Shown: positions 49,593 to 59,398 of the stretch, piece by piece
Layout: each line of letters starts with the position of its first letter
Numbering within the stretch: position 1 is the first letter of the stretch
NCBI GenBank assembly: GCA_052390235.1
Contig: JBQTHB010000005.1
Span: 96,001 to 160,000, forward strand
Length of the DNA stretch: 64,000 nucleotides
From: Deltaproteobacteria bacterium
GTDB lineage: Bacteria; Desulfobacterota_D; UBA1144; Nemesobacterales; CSP1-2
Reading direction: 5' to 3'
Program-made: the position numbers and the translations under genes
Notes under the pieces: model-generated
The model's database searches: none
The model's input: the letters and a program-made list of their open reading frames with translations, nothing else
Told to the model about the DNA's origin: nothing

Positions 49593-50744
49593 ATGAGCAT
49601 CATCGAACTTTCAGGGGAGCAGGCGATGATTCAGGATACGGCGAGGGATTTTGCCCGAAGCGAAATCAGGCCCCAAGCGGGGGAAATTGACAGGGAAGGG
49701 AAATTTCCCGCAGGAATCGTGACAAAGCTCGGAGAACTCGGATTCATGGGCATTTTCGTTCCCGAAGAGTACGGCGGAAGCGGGATGGATACGTTCAGCT
49801 ACGCGCTCGCGCTGGAGGAGGTCTGCAAGGCGTGCGCCTCGACCGGGGTTATAATGTCGGTGAACAACTCGCTTGTCTGTGAGCCAATACTGAAATTCGG
49901 GAGCGAAGCCCAGAAGCGCAAATACCTGCCGATGCTTGCGGGGGGGATGAAGCTCGGATGCTTCTCCCTGAGCGAGCCTGCCTCCGGGTCTGATGCCGGA
50001 AGCATCCGCACAACCGCCAGCAGAGACGGAAGCCACTACATCATCAACGGGACGAAAAACTGGGTTACCAATGGCCCCGAAGCTGACGTTATCGTCCTAT
50101 TCACCTCCGTGGATACCGCGAAGAAGCATCGGGGAGTTACTGCCTTCATCGTGGATAAAGCGACCCCCGGCATCATCGTCGGCAAAGCCGAGCATAAACT
50201 CGGCATAAGGGGGTCAAGCACCTCTCAGCTTATTTTCGAGGACTGCCGAGTTCCCGCAGGAAACCTGCTCGGCGACGAGGGGCAGGGCTTTAAAATTGCC
50301 ATGCAGACGCTCGACGGCGGCAGAATCGGTATTGCCGCTCAAGCCGTAGGAATCGCGCAGGCGGCGTTCGAGCAATCGGCAAGATACTCGCAGGAGAGGG
50401 AATCATTTGGCAAACAGATCGCGAAATTTCAGGCGATACAGTTTATGCTCGCCGATATGGCTACCCGCATCGAGGCGGCGCGGCTTTTGGTTTGGCAGGC
50501 GGCGATAATGAAAGACCGAGGGATGAAATTCTCAAAGCACTCGGCTATGGCAAAGGTGTTTGCGGCAGAGGCGGCGATGTGGGTTGCGACAAAGGCGATT
50601 CAGGTTCACGGGGGCTATGGCTACACGACGGATTACCCGGTTGAGAGGCATTTCAGGGACGCTAAAATCACCGAAATCTACGAGGGGACGTCCGAGGTTC
50701 AGCGCATCGTAATAGCAAGCGAGGTACTAAAGGAACTATCTTGA
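49593..50744 (+). CDS. Short-chain (butyryl-type) acyl-CoA dehydrogenase
   Basis: SEPASGSDA, NGTKNWVTNG, LDGGRIGIA, HGGYGY, EIYEGT. Confidence 0.93.
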   Translation: MSIIELSGEQAMIQDTARDFARSEIRPQAGEIDREGKFPAGIVTKLGELGFMGIFVPEEYGGSGMDTFSYALALEEVCKACASTGVIMSVNNSLVCEPILKFGSEAQKRKYLPMLAGGMKLGCFSLSEPASGSDAGSIRTTASRDGSHYIINGTKNWVTNGPEADVIVLFTSVDTAKKHRGVTAFIVDKATPGIIVGKAEHKLGIRGSSTSQLIFEDCRVPAGNLLGDEGQGFKIAMQTLDGGRIGIAAQAVGIAQAAFEQSARYSQERESFGKQIAKFQAIQFMLADMATRIEAARLLVWQAAIMKDRGMKFSKHSAMAKVFAAEAAMWVATKAIQVHGGYGYTTDYPVERHFRDAKITEIYEGTSEVQRIVIASEVLKELS

Positions 50745-50888
50745 CTTTCACCGGCTGGGATATTATAAAGATTCGGCGGCGGGCGACATCTGGGATTCAT
50801 CCAAAAGGAGTGCATAAACCACATAATCGAGAAACCCCCGCCATGAGAGCGTTTGGGAACTAAATTAAACCTCAAGGAGCAACTAACA

Positions 50889-52616
50889 ATGAAACTACTA
50901 TTTAAACCGCGAGATGCAAAATTCATCGGCACGGGGGGGCTTCCATTCGGCACTTTCGACGACACCTCGGCGTGGCAACCCGTGTTTCGATGCTTGGAGA
51001 GGGGGGCAGAGGCTTTCCCCGACAAAATAATGTTCCGCGTGGCGGACAAGGACGGCAACCTCCCAACAGGGTTCACCTACAGGGAAACCAACGAGTGGGC
51101 GAACCGTATCGCCAACGGGCTCATCCACAAATGCGGCGTCGCCAAGCAGGACAAGGTCGGAATCTACATGATAAATTCCGCCGAATACGTCGTCTCAATC
51201 CTCGCAATCCATAAAACGGGCGGCGTCCAAGTCCCCATCAATAAAGACGAAAAGGGCGAGCGGCTGGCCTATGTAATCAACTACTCAGAGATGCGCGCCC
51301 TCATCACAGACCCCGAAAGCCTACCCATGATAGGAGACATCGCCCCGATGCTCAAGAACGTGAAAACCATTTTTATAAGCGCGGATTCGGAGAAAATCCC
51401 CAGCAAAGTAGGCGGTATTGACGCCCTGCCGTTTGGCGCATTCAACGAATTTTCCGGCGAGAACCCCGGCGTAGAGGTTACAACCGCCGATATGGAGCGG
51501 TGTATGTTCACATCCGGCACAACGGGGATGCCCAAGGGCGTGGCGAGAAACCACGGGGGCGTGGCGCTCACAGTGCGCGGATACATTCAGCAGCACGGTG
51601 TGAGAAGCGAAGATACCCTCATGAGCGTCCTCACACTCGGACACGCAAACGCGCAGGTGATGTGTCTTTTCACCTCTCTCGGAGCGGGAGCGACGGCGGT
51701 TTTCTACCCACGGTTCTCCGCGTCGTCATTTTGGAAATGGGCGGGAGAGTGCGGCGCGACATATACGAATATGCTGGGGGCAGTCGCCGAATACCTCTGG
51801 GCCGCCCCGCCGAGCGACCTAGACAGAATGCACGGAATTAAGACCGTGCTTGCCGCCCCTGCGCCCCGCAATTTGAGGGATTTTGAAGCGCGTTTCAATA
51901 CGTCCATCGTCGAGGGATACGGCTCGACCGAGATGGGAATGGTGTTCTGGAAAGACCCCGAAGATGCGCGCCCAGGCTCCTGCGGCTATCCAATGGAAGG
52001 CTATCATGTAGAGATTCGAGACCCCCAGGACATCACGAGGGTCATCCGCCCGACTTGGGATCCTTACGAAAACCCCGCCCCGCCCGACGAGGTAAAGGGG
52101 CTTCTCTATATAAAACCGCTCATCCCGCACACGACCCTCAACGAGTATTTCAAAGACCCCCGGCGCACGAGAGAGGCTTTCGACGACGACGGATTTTTCA
52201 ACTCCGACGACCTTTTCGCGCGCGGCACGGACGGCAGGTTTTATTTTCAGGGCAGATTTACGAGAATCCGCGTTTCAGGGGAGAACGTTGACCCCATAGC
52301 AGTGCAGGACACCGCCATGAGGCATCCCTCGGTTCAGGAGGCGATAGCGGTCGGCATCAGGCTTCCCAACATTTCGGACGATGAGGTGAAGCTGTGCGTT
52401 ACGGTCAAATCCGGAGCGGAGTTCGACCCGGTGGAGTTCTCCAAGTGGATGGCGGATTTGGTGATTGTGGCTATGGTGCCGAGATTCATCGAAATCTACT
52501 CGGATGGATTTCCGGTTACGGCGACACAGAAAATTAAAATGGCAGAGCTTAAGGAAATCACCGAGAGAACTTGGGATAGGGCGAAGACGGGGCTTAGGTT
52601 CAGCGCGAGGAAGTAG
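50889..52616 (+). CDS. AMP-dependent acyl-CoA ligase (CaiC-like)
   Basis: FTSGTTGMPKGV, GYGSTE, RVSGENV, TATQKI; AAGGAG RBS. Confidence 0.88.
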   Translation: MKLLFKPRDAKFIGTGGLPFGTFDDTSAWQPVFRCLERGAEAFPDKIMFRVADKDGNLPTGFTYRETNEWANRIANGLIHKCGVAKQDKVGIYMINSAEYVVSILAIHKTGGVQVPINKDEKGERLAYVINYSEMRALITDPESLPMIGDIAPMLKNVKTIFISADSEKIPSKVGGIDALPFGAFNEFSGENPGVEVTTADMERCMFTSGTTGMPKGVARNHGGVALTVRGYIQQHGVRSEDTLMSVLTLGHANAQVMCLFTSLGAGATAVFYPRFSASSFWKWAGECGATYTNMLGAVAEYLWAAPPSDLDRMHGIKTVLAAPAPRNLRDFEARFNTSIVEGYGSTEMGMVFWKDPEDARPGSCGYPMEGYHVEIRDPQDITRVIRPTWDPYENPAPPDEVKGLLYIKPLIPHTTLNEYFKDPRRTREAFDDDGFFNSDDLFARGTDGRFYFQGRFTRIRVSGENVDPIAVQDTAMRHPSVQEAIAVGIRLPNISDDEVKLCVTVKSGAEFDPVEFSKWMADLVIVAMVPRFIEIYSDGFPVTATQKIKMAELKEITERTWDRAKTGLRFSARK

Positions 52617-52671
52617 GGGCGGGATTCGGGTTGCAGGATGAAAGTTTGAGAGGAGAGAGGATTCCAGAAAC

Positions 52672-53871
52672 TTGACCATATATTCTCATTCCAGACTCAG
52701 CGTGTACAAACAATGCCCGCTGAAGTATAAGTTCAGATATCTCGACCGAATGCCGGAGGAGATGCAGACCGTTGAGGCATTTATGGGGCGTATGGTTCAC
52801 GATTCCCTTGAGCGGCTATATAAAAAAGTGAGCTTCGGCAACACTCCGCCGCTTGCCGAGATTATCGCCCATTATCGGCAAATCTGGGACGAGAAGTGGA
52901 CAGGCGCGGTCAAAACCATCAAGAGAGATATAACGGCTGAGGATTACAAAGAGCGCGGCAGAGACTGCATTGAGAGGTACTACCAGAGGCATCAGCCCTT
53001 TTTGGAGTCAGAAGTCGTAGGGCTTGAGATGAAGGTATCGCTCTCGCTCGATAGGGACGGCAAGCACGAGATGCGGGGGTTTATAGACCGGCTCTCTCGC
53101 TCCCGCGACGGCTCTTACGAGATTCATGACTACAAAACCGCAGGACACCCCCCCACGCAAAAAAACAGGGACGAGGACAAACAGCTCGCGCTCTATCATC
53201 TGGCAATTCAGCAGAGATGGAGCGACGTCGGGCGCGTGAGCCTACACTGGCACTATCTGGTTTCCGGGCAGCAAATCACATCCTCAAGAACGGACGGCGA
53301 GCTTGAGGGGCTGAGGGTCGAGAAAATTGCCCTGATAGACGAAATCGAGGCGACGACGGAATTTCCGCCGCAGGAATCCGCCCTCTGCCCATGGTGTTCA
53401 TATCAAAAAATATGCCCGCTAAGAAAGCATCTCATCGCCGTGGAGGAACTGCCTAGGGCTGAGGCAAAGCGCGAGGAGGGATTCGAGCTGGTGGACAGGC
53501 TCGCCGACCTGCAAACCAGGGCAAAGGACATTGAAGCGCAGATAGAAGAGACAAAGCGCTCCCTCATAGCCTATTCGGAGCGCGAGGGGGCGGAGAGGGT
53601 CTTTGGCGCGGAGAGGGTCGCAAAAATCAAGCGCGAGGAGAAATTCTCATTTCCCGATACTCAGAAGGAAAAAACCCGGCGCGCCGCCCTTGAGGACGCT
53701 ATCCGGGAGATGGGAAAGTGGGACGAGGCGTCGTCGCTCGATGTGCGAAAACTCGGCGGCATTCTCGAAACGAGGACGTGGGATGAGAGAGCGATGGAGC
53801 GAATCGGGCCGTTTGCCGAGAAAGAGCAGAGGGTATCGGTAACGCTCTCGAAGAGGAAGAGCGATAGATAA
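52672..53871 (+). CDS. RecB-family PD-(D/E)XK nuclease with putative Fe-S Cys staple
   Basis: YSHSRL..YKQCP, GFIDRL, IHDYKT, QLALY, CPWC..QKICP. Confidence 0.88.
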   Translation: MTIYSHSRLSVYKQCPLKYKFRYLDRMPEEMQTVEAFMGRMVHDSLERLYKKVSFGNTPPLAEIIAHYRQIWDEKWTGAVKTIKRDITAEDYKERGRDCIERYYQRHQPFLESEVVGLEMKVSLSLDRDGKHEMRGFIDRLSRSRDGSYEIHDYKTAGHPPTQKNRDEDKQLALYHLAIQQRWSDVGRVSLHWHYLVSGQQITSSRTDGELEGLRVEKIALIDEIEATTEFPPQESALCPWCSYQKICPLRKHLIAVEELPRAEAKREEGFELVDRLADLQTRAKDIEAQIEETKRSLIAYSEREGAERVFGAERVAKIKREEKFSFPDTQKEKTRRAALEDAIREMGKWDEASSLDVRKLGGILETRTWDERAMERIGPFAEKEQRVSVTLSKRKSDR

Positions 53872-53898
53872 ATCATAATGCCGGAGGCGAATCTAGAG

Positions 53899-54180
53899 AT
53901 GAAAGCGATATGGAAGGGGGCGACTTTAGCCGAAAGCGACGAAACCGTAGTAGTCGAGGGAAACCACTATTTTCCCCATGAGAGCGTGAGCAAGGAATAC
54001 CTGGGTACAAGCCTGACCCATACGACCTGCTCGTGGAAGGGAACTGCGAGCTACTACGATGTTATCGTCGGGGGCGAAGTGAATCGGGACGCCGCTTGGT
54101 TCTACCCTGAGCCTAAGGACGCGGCGGGGGCGATAAAAAACCGGATTGCCTTCTGGAAAGGGGTCAAAGTGTCAGAGTAG
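53899..54180 (+). CDS. DUF427 protein (short form)
   Basis: VEGNHYFP, TCSWKGTASYY, AAWFYP. Confidence 0.9.
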   Translation: MKAIWKGATLAESDETVVVEGNHYFPHESVSKEYLGTSLTHTTCSWKGTASYYDVIVGGEVNRDAAWFYPEPKDAAGAIKNRIAFWKGVKVSE

Positions 54181-54199
54181 CCGCGCTCTAGGGATTAAC

Positions 54200-54469
54200 T
54201 CATACCCGCCTCGCGGGCGCTTTGAGTTCGGCTACGGGAATAACCCTGCCGCACTTAGAGCAGGTTATTGAATCTCCATCTGCGTCTATGAACTCGGCTC
54301 CGAGCTTGTCGGCAAATTTTTTCAATTCCTCGACTTTTTCAGCTTTCACCTTTTCTGAATACTCGTCCTGCCAGCTTGAGGGGTTTATTTCAAGCTCGAA
54401 GAATTTCTCCTTATGAATATAGACATGGATGACGTTACCGCATTCGCAGGACATAAATATTATCGGCAT
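54200..54469 (-). CDS. Small putative zinc-binding protein
   Basis: CECG near the N-terminus and CSKCG near the C-terminus. Confidence 0.6.
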   Translation of the reverse strand: MPIIFMSCECGNVIHVYIHKEKFFELEINPSSWQDEYSEKVKAEKVEELKKFADKLGAEFIDADGDSITCSKCGRVIPVAELKAPARRV

Positions 54470-54561
54470 CGGCTTCGGACGCTCCCACTGGCTGAATCTC
54501 ACGGGAGGTTACTTCACCTGCGGGCAAGATGCAAGATGCCAAATGGGGGATGAGGGGGCAA

Positions 54562-55059
54562 TTACCAGCCCTCAGACCCTGGCTCGCCCTTGAATGGCCC
54601 CGCGATATTGGCAGTAATCCAGCCGCCGTAAAATCCCCCGGGCTGGGCAGAGGCAAGCTCTCCGTCAACGTAGCAGGCATCCATAAATTGGGGATAAAAG
54701 GCGACGCACCCGCTAAGGGCGGCGAATTTAGGCGGCGGCTGGGGATAGAACCAAGCGGCAAGGCGGGCGGTCTTCCCCAGAGCGGCAATCGAGTAGTACG
54801 AGGCGACTCCCTTCCACTCGCAAAACGAGCGCCTGCCTTCCTCCAGCGAGAGAAATTCCATGCGAATATCAGAGGGCGGGATGTAGTAAACCGGCGGATG
54901 GCTCGTTTCCAATACCCTTGCTGAGGATTTGGTATCGGCTATCGTAATGCCTGCGAAAATCACGCGGATATGCCTCGCGCATCTCTCAAGGCGCGGCGGG
55001 CGGGGATAATCCCACACGGACTCCTGTCCCGGAAGCAGTTTCAGCGCTCTAGGCTTCAT
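54562..55059 (-). CDS. DUF427 protein (long form)
   Basis: ESVWDYPRPP, LETSHPPVYY, CEWKG, GGFYGGWIT. Confidence 0.9.
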   Translation of the reverse strand: MKPRALKLLPGQESVWDYPRPPRLERCARHIRVIFAGITIADTKSSARVLETSHPPVYYIPPSDIRMEFLSLEEGRRSFCEWKGVASYYSIAALGKTARLAAWFYPQPPPKFAALSGCVAFYPQFMDACYVDGELASAQPGGFYGGWITANIAGPFKGEPGSEGW

Positions 55060-55100
55060 TCCCTCCCTCCCCTGTTGCAATACTGCATCTGGCATCTTGG

Positions 55101-57728
55101 CTACTGACCGTCGTTTATGGCTTCGAGAAGCGAGGTTTTAATGAGGTCAAGCCGCGCCCTGTCCAAAACCTTTTTGTCGTCTGCGTCGCGCACATAGAAA
55201 ACATCGGCGACCTGGTCAACTTTGGTCGAAATTTTGGCGTAATTTGTCGAGAGTCCGAGTTTTTTAATTGTTTTCGTGATGTCGTAGAGAAGCCCCACGC
55301 GGTCGTGGGCGTAAATGTCAATAACCGTGTAGTGGTCAGACGAGTCGTTGTCAATTTCGAGTTTAGTGGGGTGCTTCGGGATTACTTTCTCGAAGTTGGA
55401 TTTCAATCTCTTGCGCTTAGCCACAATCTCTTCTACGTCCAGTTTCCCGGCTAAAACGCTGATAAGGTCGAGTTTAACCTTATTCCATATCTCTCTATCT
55501 TCCGAGGTGGAAGCCCCCAGCCTGTTGACGTAAAAAACGTCGAGAATTCTTCGGTCGGAAAGGGTTATAATCCTAGCTCCGAGAATGTTGATTCCGCTTC
55601 CGGCAACCACGCCGCAGAGCCTTGAGAAAATCCCCGGAATATCGTAGCCCCAGAACAGGAACTCGTCGTAGTCCTCTTTGGGGTGGAATATCACGTCCAT
55701 TCCCGTATTCGCCCCGTGCTTTTCCATAAATTTTACATGATGCGCCGCTTTTCTCGGAGTAAATCCGGGGAAGTAGGAAAGGGGCACAGTCTCAAGGCGG
55801 GCTTTGACTTTATCCTCCGGGATTTCACCTTTAATTATCTTCACGACGTCGCGGATAAATTTCTTCGCCCGCTCCTCAGGACGCTGTTTCTTAAAATCCC
55901 CCATCTTGAGAACGGCGGCGGTCTTGAGATAGAGTTCTCTAAGGAGCATCCCCTTCCAATTTGTCCACACCCCGGGCCCTACGGAGCGGATGTCGGCGAA
56001 TGAGAGCAGATAGAGCATGGAGAGGGTATCCATAATTTTTACGGATTTTGCGAATTTCACGATGAGACTCTCGTCGTGCAGGTCGCGCCTCTGCGAGAAA
56101 TGCGGCATGATGAGGTGCTGTTTTACCATATATTCGAGCTGTTCCGTGTCCTCGGCGGGCAGAGTCATCCGCTCTGCAATGCGCGAGACCATATCGGCTC
56201 CGCGCTGCGCGTGGTTTCTCCCCTCGCCCTTGCCCATGTCGTGAAACAGACAGGCGAGATACAGGATGTGCCGCTTCGCAAGCCCTCTTGCCACCTTTGT
56301 GAGAGCAGAGAATTCCTCCTCGTACTTGCCCTTTACGAGGTTCTCAATCTCTTTGACCATAAATATCGAGTGAACGTCAACCGTATAGACATGATAAGCG
56401 TCGTGCTGAACCATGCAGACGATTTTGCCGAACTCCGGGATGAAGTAGCCCAGAAGCCTCAGCCGGTTCATCTCGAAAAGGGCGTCGGCGACATTCGTAC
56501 CCTCTTTGAGGAATCTGAGAAAGGCGGCGTTAAAATTGGGATTTCTTCTCACCCCGTCGTCAATCAGCTTTACGCTGTCGTGGATTAATTCCTTGAGGTA
56601 CTTGCTCATTTCTATCCCGTAGCGGTCGGCTATCTCGAAGGCGCGGATCATATTTTCCGGGCGCCCCTCGAAAATATCGCGGCTTGAGACCGAGAGCATC
56701 CCGCCTTGGTTGATGAACCCGTTATCGAGATTTACGGTCCTTATAGGGCCAAAGCGGGTTTTCGGCTTCACCGTGCATCGCTCGATGAGCTTATTTGAAT
56801 ACTCCCTCGTGAGGCTGGCGCGCAGATAGTACGCCCTCATGAACCTCTCGACGGCGGGAATTTCGTCAACGTTTCTATATCCCATAAACGCGGCGACCTT
56901 ATCCTGCCATTCAAAGGTCAGTCTGTCTTCTCGCCGCTCGGCAAGGTAGTGGAGTTCCGCCCTAATGGTCAGAAGGGAATCGAGCCCCTTGTTAAACATC
57001 CGAAGCTCGTTTTCAAGCAATATGCCCTTGTGGACGAGTTGCTGAAAATTTCTCACCTTGAACTTAGCCTTGGCTATCCAGAGGGCGGCGTTTATGTCCC
57101 GGATGCCGCCTTCGCCCTCTTTGATGTGCGGCTCTAGGAGATAGACCGAACGCCCGAAGCGGTTTATGCGTTTTTCGTTTTCCGCGATTTTACGCTCGAT
57201 GTAACGCGTTGAGATTGAAGGCAGAAGCTCGCGGTAGAGCTTTCGGTCAAGCAGGGCGAAGAGGGTCTCGTCTCCGCAGATAAATCTGCCGTCGAGAAGC
57301 GCGGTGAGAATCGTAACGTCGTCCCCTTGCGAGAGTTCGAGGCACTCGTCAATTGTTCTTGCCGAGTGTCCCACGTCGAGCTTTAAATCGAGCAGGAGGA
57401 GAAGAACTTTTTGAACCAAATCGGCGGCAAGTTGGCTTTTGTCAGGCTCATAGAGAAAGAGCAGGTCAACATCCGAATAGGGGGAAAATTCCTCTCTGCC
57501 GTATCCCCCTAGGGCGACAATGGATATGCCGCTGAGATTGGCAAATCCCATACCTTCGAGGCACTGCTCGATGAGGCGGTCAATACTCTGAGACCTGCGG
57601 CGGCACAGTTCAAGACCGCTCAGGGATTGTTTTCTGTGGAGTTTTTTAAGCTCGCTTTGAGTGTCCAGAATACCGAGCTTAATTCTGTCCTTGAGCTGCT
57701 CGCGTTCGACGATTTCGGCTTTGCGCAT
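55101..57728 (-). CDS. glnD: [Protein-PII] uridylyltransferase
   Basis: ALGGYGR..SDVDL, EPHIKEGEGG.RD, YHVYTVDVH, HDMGKG, two ACT domains. Confidence 0.95.
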   Translation of the reverse strand: MRKAEIVEREQLKDRIKLGILDTQSELKKLHRKQSLSGLELCRRRSQSIDRLIEQCLEGMGFANLSGISIVALGGYGREEFSPYSDVDLLFLYEPDKSQLAADLVQKVLLLLLDLKLDVGHSARTIDECLELSQGDDVTILTALLDGRFICGDETLFALLDRKLYRELLPSISTRYIERKIAENEKRINRFGRSVYLLEPHIKEGEGGIRDINAALWIAKAKFKVRNFQQLVHKGILLENELRMFNKGLDSLLTIRAELHYLAERREDRLTFEWQDKVAAFMGYRNVDEIPAVERFMRAYYLRASLTREYSNKLIERCTVKPKTRFGPIRTVNLDNGFINQGGMLSVSSRDIFEGRPENMIRAFEIADRYGIEMSKYLKELIHDSVKLIDDGVRRNPNFNAAFLRFLKEGTNVADALFEMNRLRLLGYFIPEFGKIVCMVQHDAYHVYTVDVHSIFMVKEIENLVKGKYEEEFSALTKVARGLAKRHILYLACLFHDMGKGEGRNHAQRGADMVSRIAERMTLPAEDTEQLEYMVKQHLIMPHFSQRRDLHDESLIVKFAKSVKIMDTLSMLYLLSFADIRSVGPGVWTNWKGMLLRELYLKTAAVLKMGDFKKQRPEERAKKFIRDVVKIIKGEIPEDKVKARLETVPLSYFPGFTPRKAAHHVKFMEKHGANTGMDVIFHPKEDYDEFLFWGYDIPGIFSRLCGVVAGSGINILGARIITLSDRRILDVFYVNRLGASTSEDREIWNKVKLDLISVLAGKLDVEEIVAKRKRLKSNFEKVIPKHPTKLEIDNDSSDHYTVIDIYAHDRVGLLYDITKTIKKLGLSTNYAKISTKVDQVADVFYVRDADDKKVLDRARLDLIKTSLLEAINDGQ

Positions 57729-57829
57729 CTATGGCATTCCCCGTAATTCGAGATGAAATCACCCGCCCTGAGGCGTTCACTAAGGATATATCATCTCGGA
57801 GGGGAATTGTAGGGCGCAAGTATTTCAAC

Positions 57830-58381
57830 CTATTTGCGGAATCGGACGTAGGTCTCCTCAGAATTTGCCCTCTTGTTCTCGATTCGCGCCAGGACAAATA
57901 GGAGGTCAGAGAGGCGATTTAGATAGACAAGGGCGGCTGTGTCCGTTTGCTCTGCCTCGGCCATTTTGACGACCCGCCTCTCGGCTCGCCTCGATACGGC
58001 TCTTGCGATGTGCAGGTACGCCCCCTGCCCTCCGGGGAGGATGAACTCCCGAAGCGGCTCAAGCTCCCGAAGGAATTGGTCAATGAGCTTCTCAATCTCC
58101 CTGACGCGCTCTTTCGTGATTCTCGGCGTTTCCATCTCAGGGGGGCTGGCAAGGTCCGCCCCGACGATGAAAAGGTCGTTTTGAATCTCGCCTAGAAGCT
58201 CGCGGATTTCGCCGTCCAGAGAGTGAAGCCTCGCCGCTCCGAGTACGGAATTGAGCTCGTCCACATCGCCGTATGCCTCCACGCGGGCGGAGGTTTTGCT
58301 GACCCTCGCCCCCCCGACAAGAGAGGTCATCCCCTTGTCTCCGGTTCTGGTATAAACCTTGGTGATTCGCTTTTTCTCCAT
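57830..58381 (-). CDS. Cob(I)alamin adenosyltransferase, PduO type
   Basis: [34 protein letters not shown]. Confidence 0.93.
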   Translation of the reverse strand: MEKKRITKVYTRTGDKGMTSLVGGARVSKTSARVEAYGDVDELNSVLGAARLHSLDGEIRELLGEIQNDLFIVGADLASPPEMETPRITKERVREIEKLIDQFLRELEPLREFILPGGQGAYLHIARAVSRRAERRVVKMAEAEQTDTAALVYLNRLSDLLFVLARIENKRANSEETYVRFRK

Positions 58382-58522
58382 GATACGGGGATTTTAACCT
58401 AGCGCGGGGGATTGCTCAAATATATTGCGCGCCCCCGTCATATCAGAAACCGCCCCGCTCGAAAAAACCCTAGAACTTGCAAACCCGCGCCAATGCGAAT
58501 AGAATCATTCACCGAAAATTCT

Positions 58523-59398
58523 ATGAATCACCATACAGACGCGCCGATTATCATGGAGCTTTATACACTCGGAAAGGAGAAAATCGCCGAAGCCGGCATT
58601 GAAAACCCCTCGCTTGAGGCGGCGATAATGCTATCGCGGGCTTTGGGCGTCAGTACGGCAGGGATTTACGCATTGCCGCACGGGCGCGTTCGCCCTGAGG
58701 AGGGGCGCGTATTTGAGGGCTTCATCGAGCGGCGGCAGGCCCGCGAGCCGATTGCCTATATCCTCGGCGAAAGAGAGTTTTACTCAAGGGCGTTCTGCGT
58801 CAACCGCCGCGTTCTCATCCCAAGACCCGAAACCGAAATTCTGGTTGAAGCGGCTTTGGCAGAGGCAAAAAGCATCCCCTCGCCCCGAATTGCCGACGTC
58901 GGCACGGGAAGCGGCGCGGTCGGGGTAACCATTGCCTGCGAGAGAGCGGACGCCATGGTTTTTGCAACCGATATTTCGCCGGAAGCCCTTGAGGTCGCCA
59001 GGGAAAACGCCAAACGACACTCCGTAGCCGAGAGGATTTCCTTTGTTCAGGCGGATTTTCTCTCCCCTTTTGCGGATAGCTGCCTTGATATCGTCGTCTC
59101 GAATCCGCCGTACGTCAGAGCAGAAGATTACTCGCATCTCCCCCCCGACGTGCGGGATTTCGAGCCTGCCCTAGCCCTTATTGGCGGCGGAGTGGACGGT
59201 CTGGCCGCTATAAGGCGCGTAATTGAGGATTCGGCAAGGACGCTCGCTTCGGGCGGGGCGTGCATCGTAGAGGTCGGCGAGGGACAGAGCGCGGGGGTTC
59301 GGGAAATATTCCAGAGCGTAGGATTCACAGAGATTGAAACCAAACGGGATTTATCAGGGATAGAGAGGGTAATCAGAGGGAAATGGAGAAAATTGTAG
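58523..59398 (+). CDS. prmC: Release factor glutamine methyltransferase
   Basis: EPIAYILG, LIPRPETE, DVGTGSG, SNPPY; start uncertain. Confidence 0.93.
   Translation: MNHHTDAPIIMELYTLGKEKIAEAGIENPSLEAAIMLSRALGVSTAGIYALPHGRVRPEEGRVFEGFIERRQAREPIAYILGEREFYSRAFCVNRRVLIPRPETEILVEAALAEAKSIPSPRIADVGTGSGAVGVTIACERADAMVFATDISPEALEVARENAKRHSVAERISFVQADFLSPFADSCLDIVVSNPPYVRAEDYSHLPPDVRDFEPALALIGGGVDGLAAIRRVIEDSARTLASGGACIVEVGEGQSAGVREIFQSVGFTEIETKRDLSGIERVIRGKWRKL

Noticed and set aside
52672..53871. cas4 of a CRISPR locus
   Set aside because: No repeat-spacer array or other cas genes in the window.
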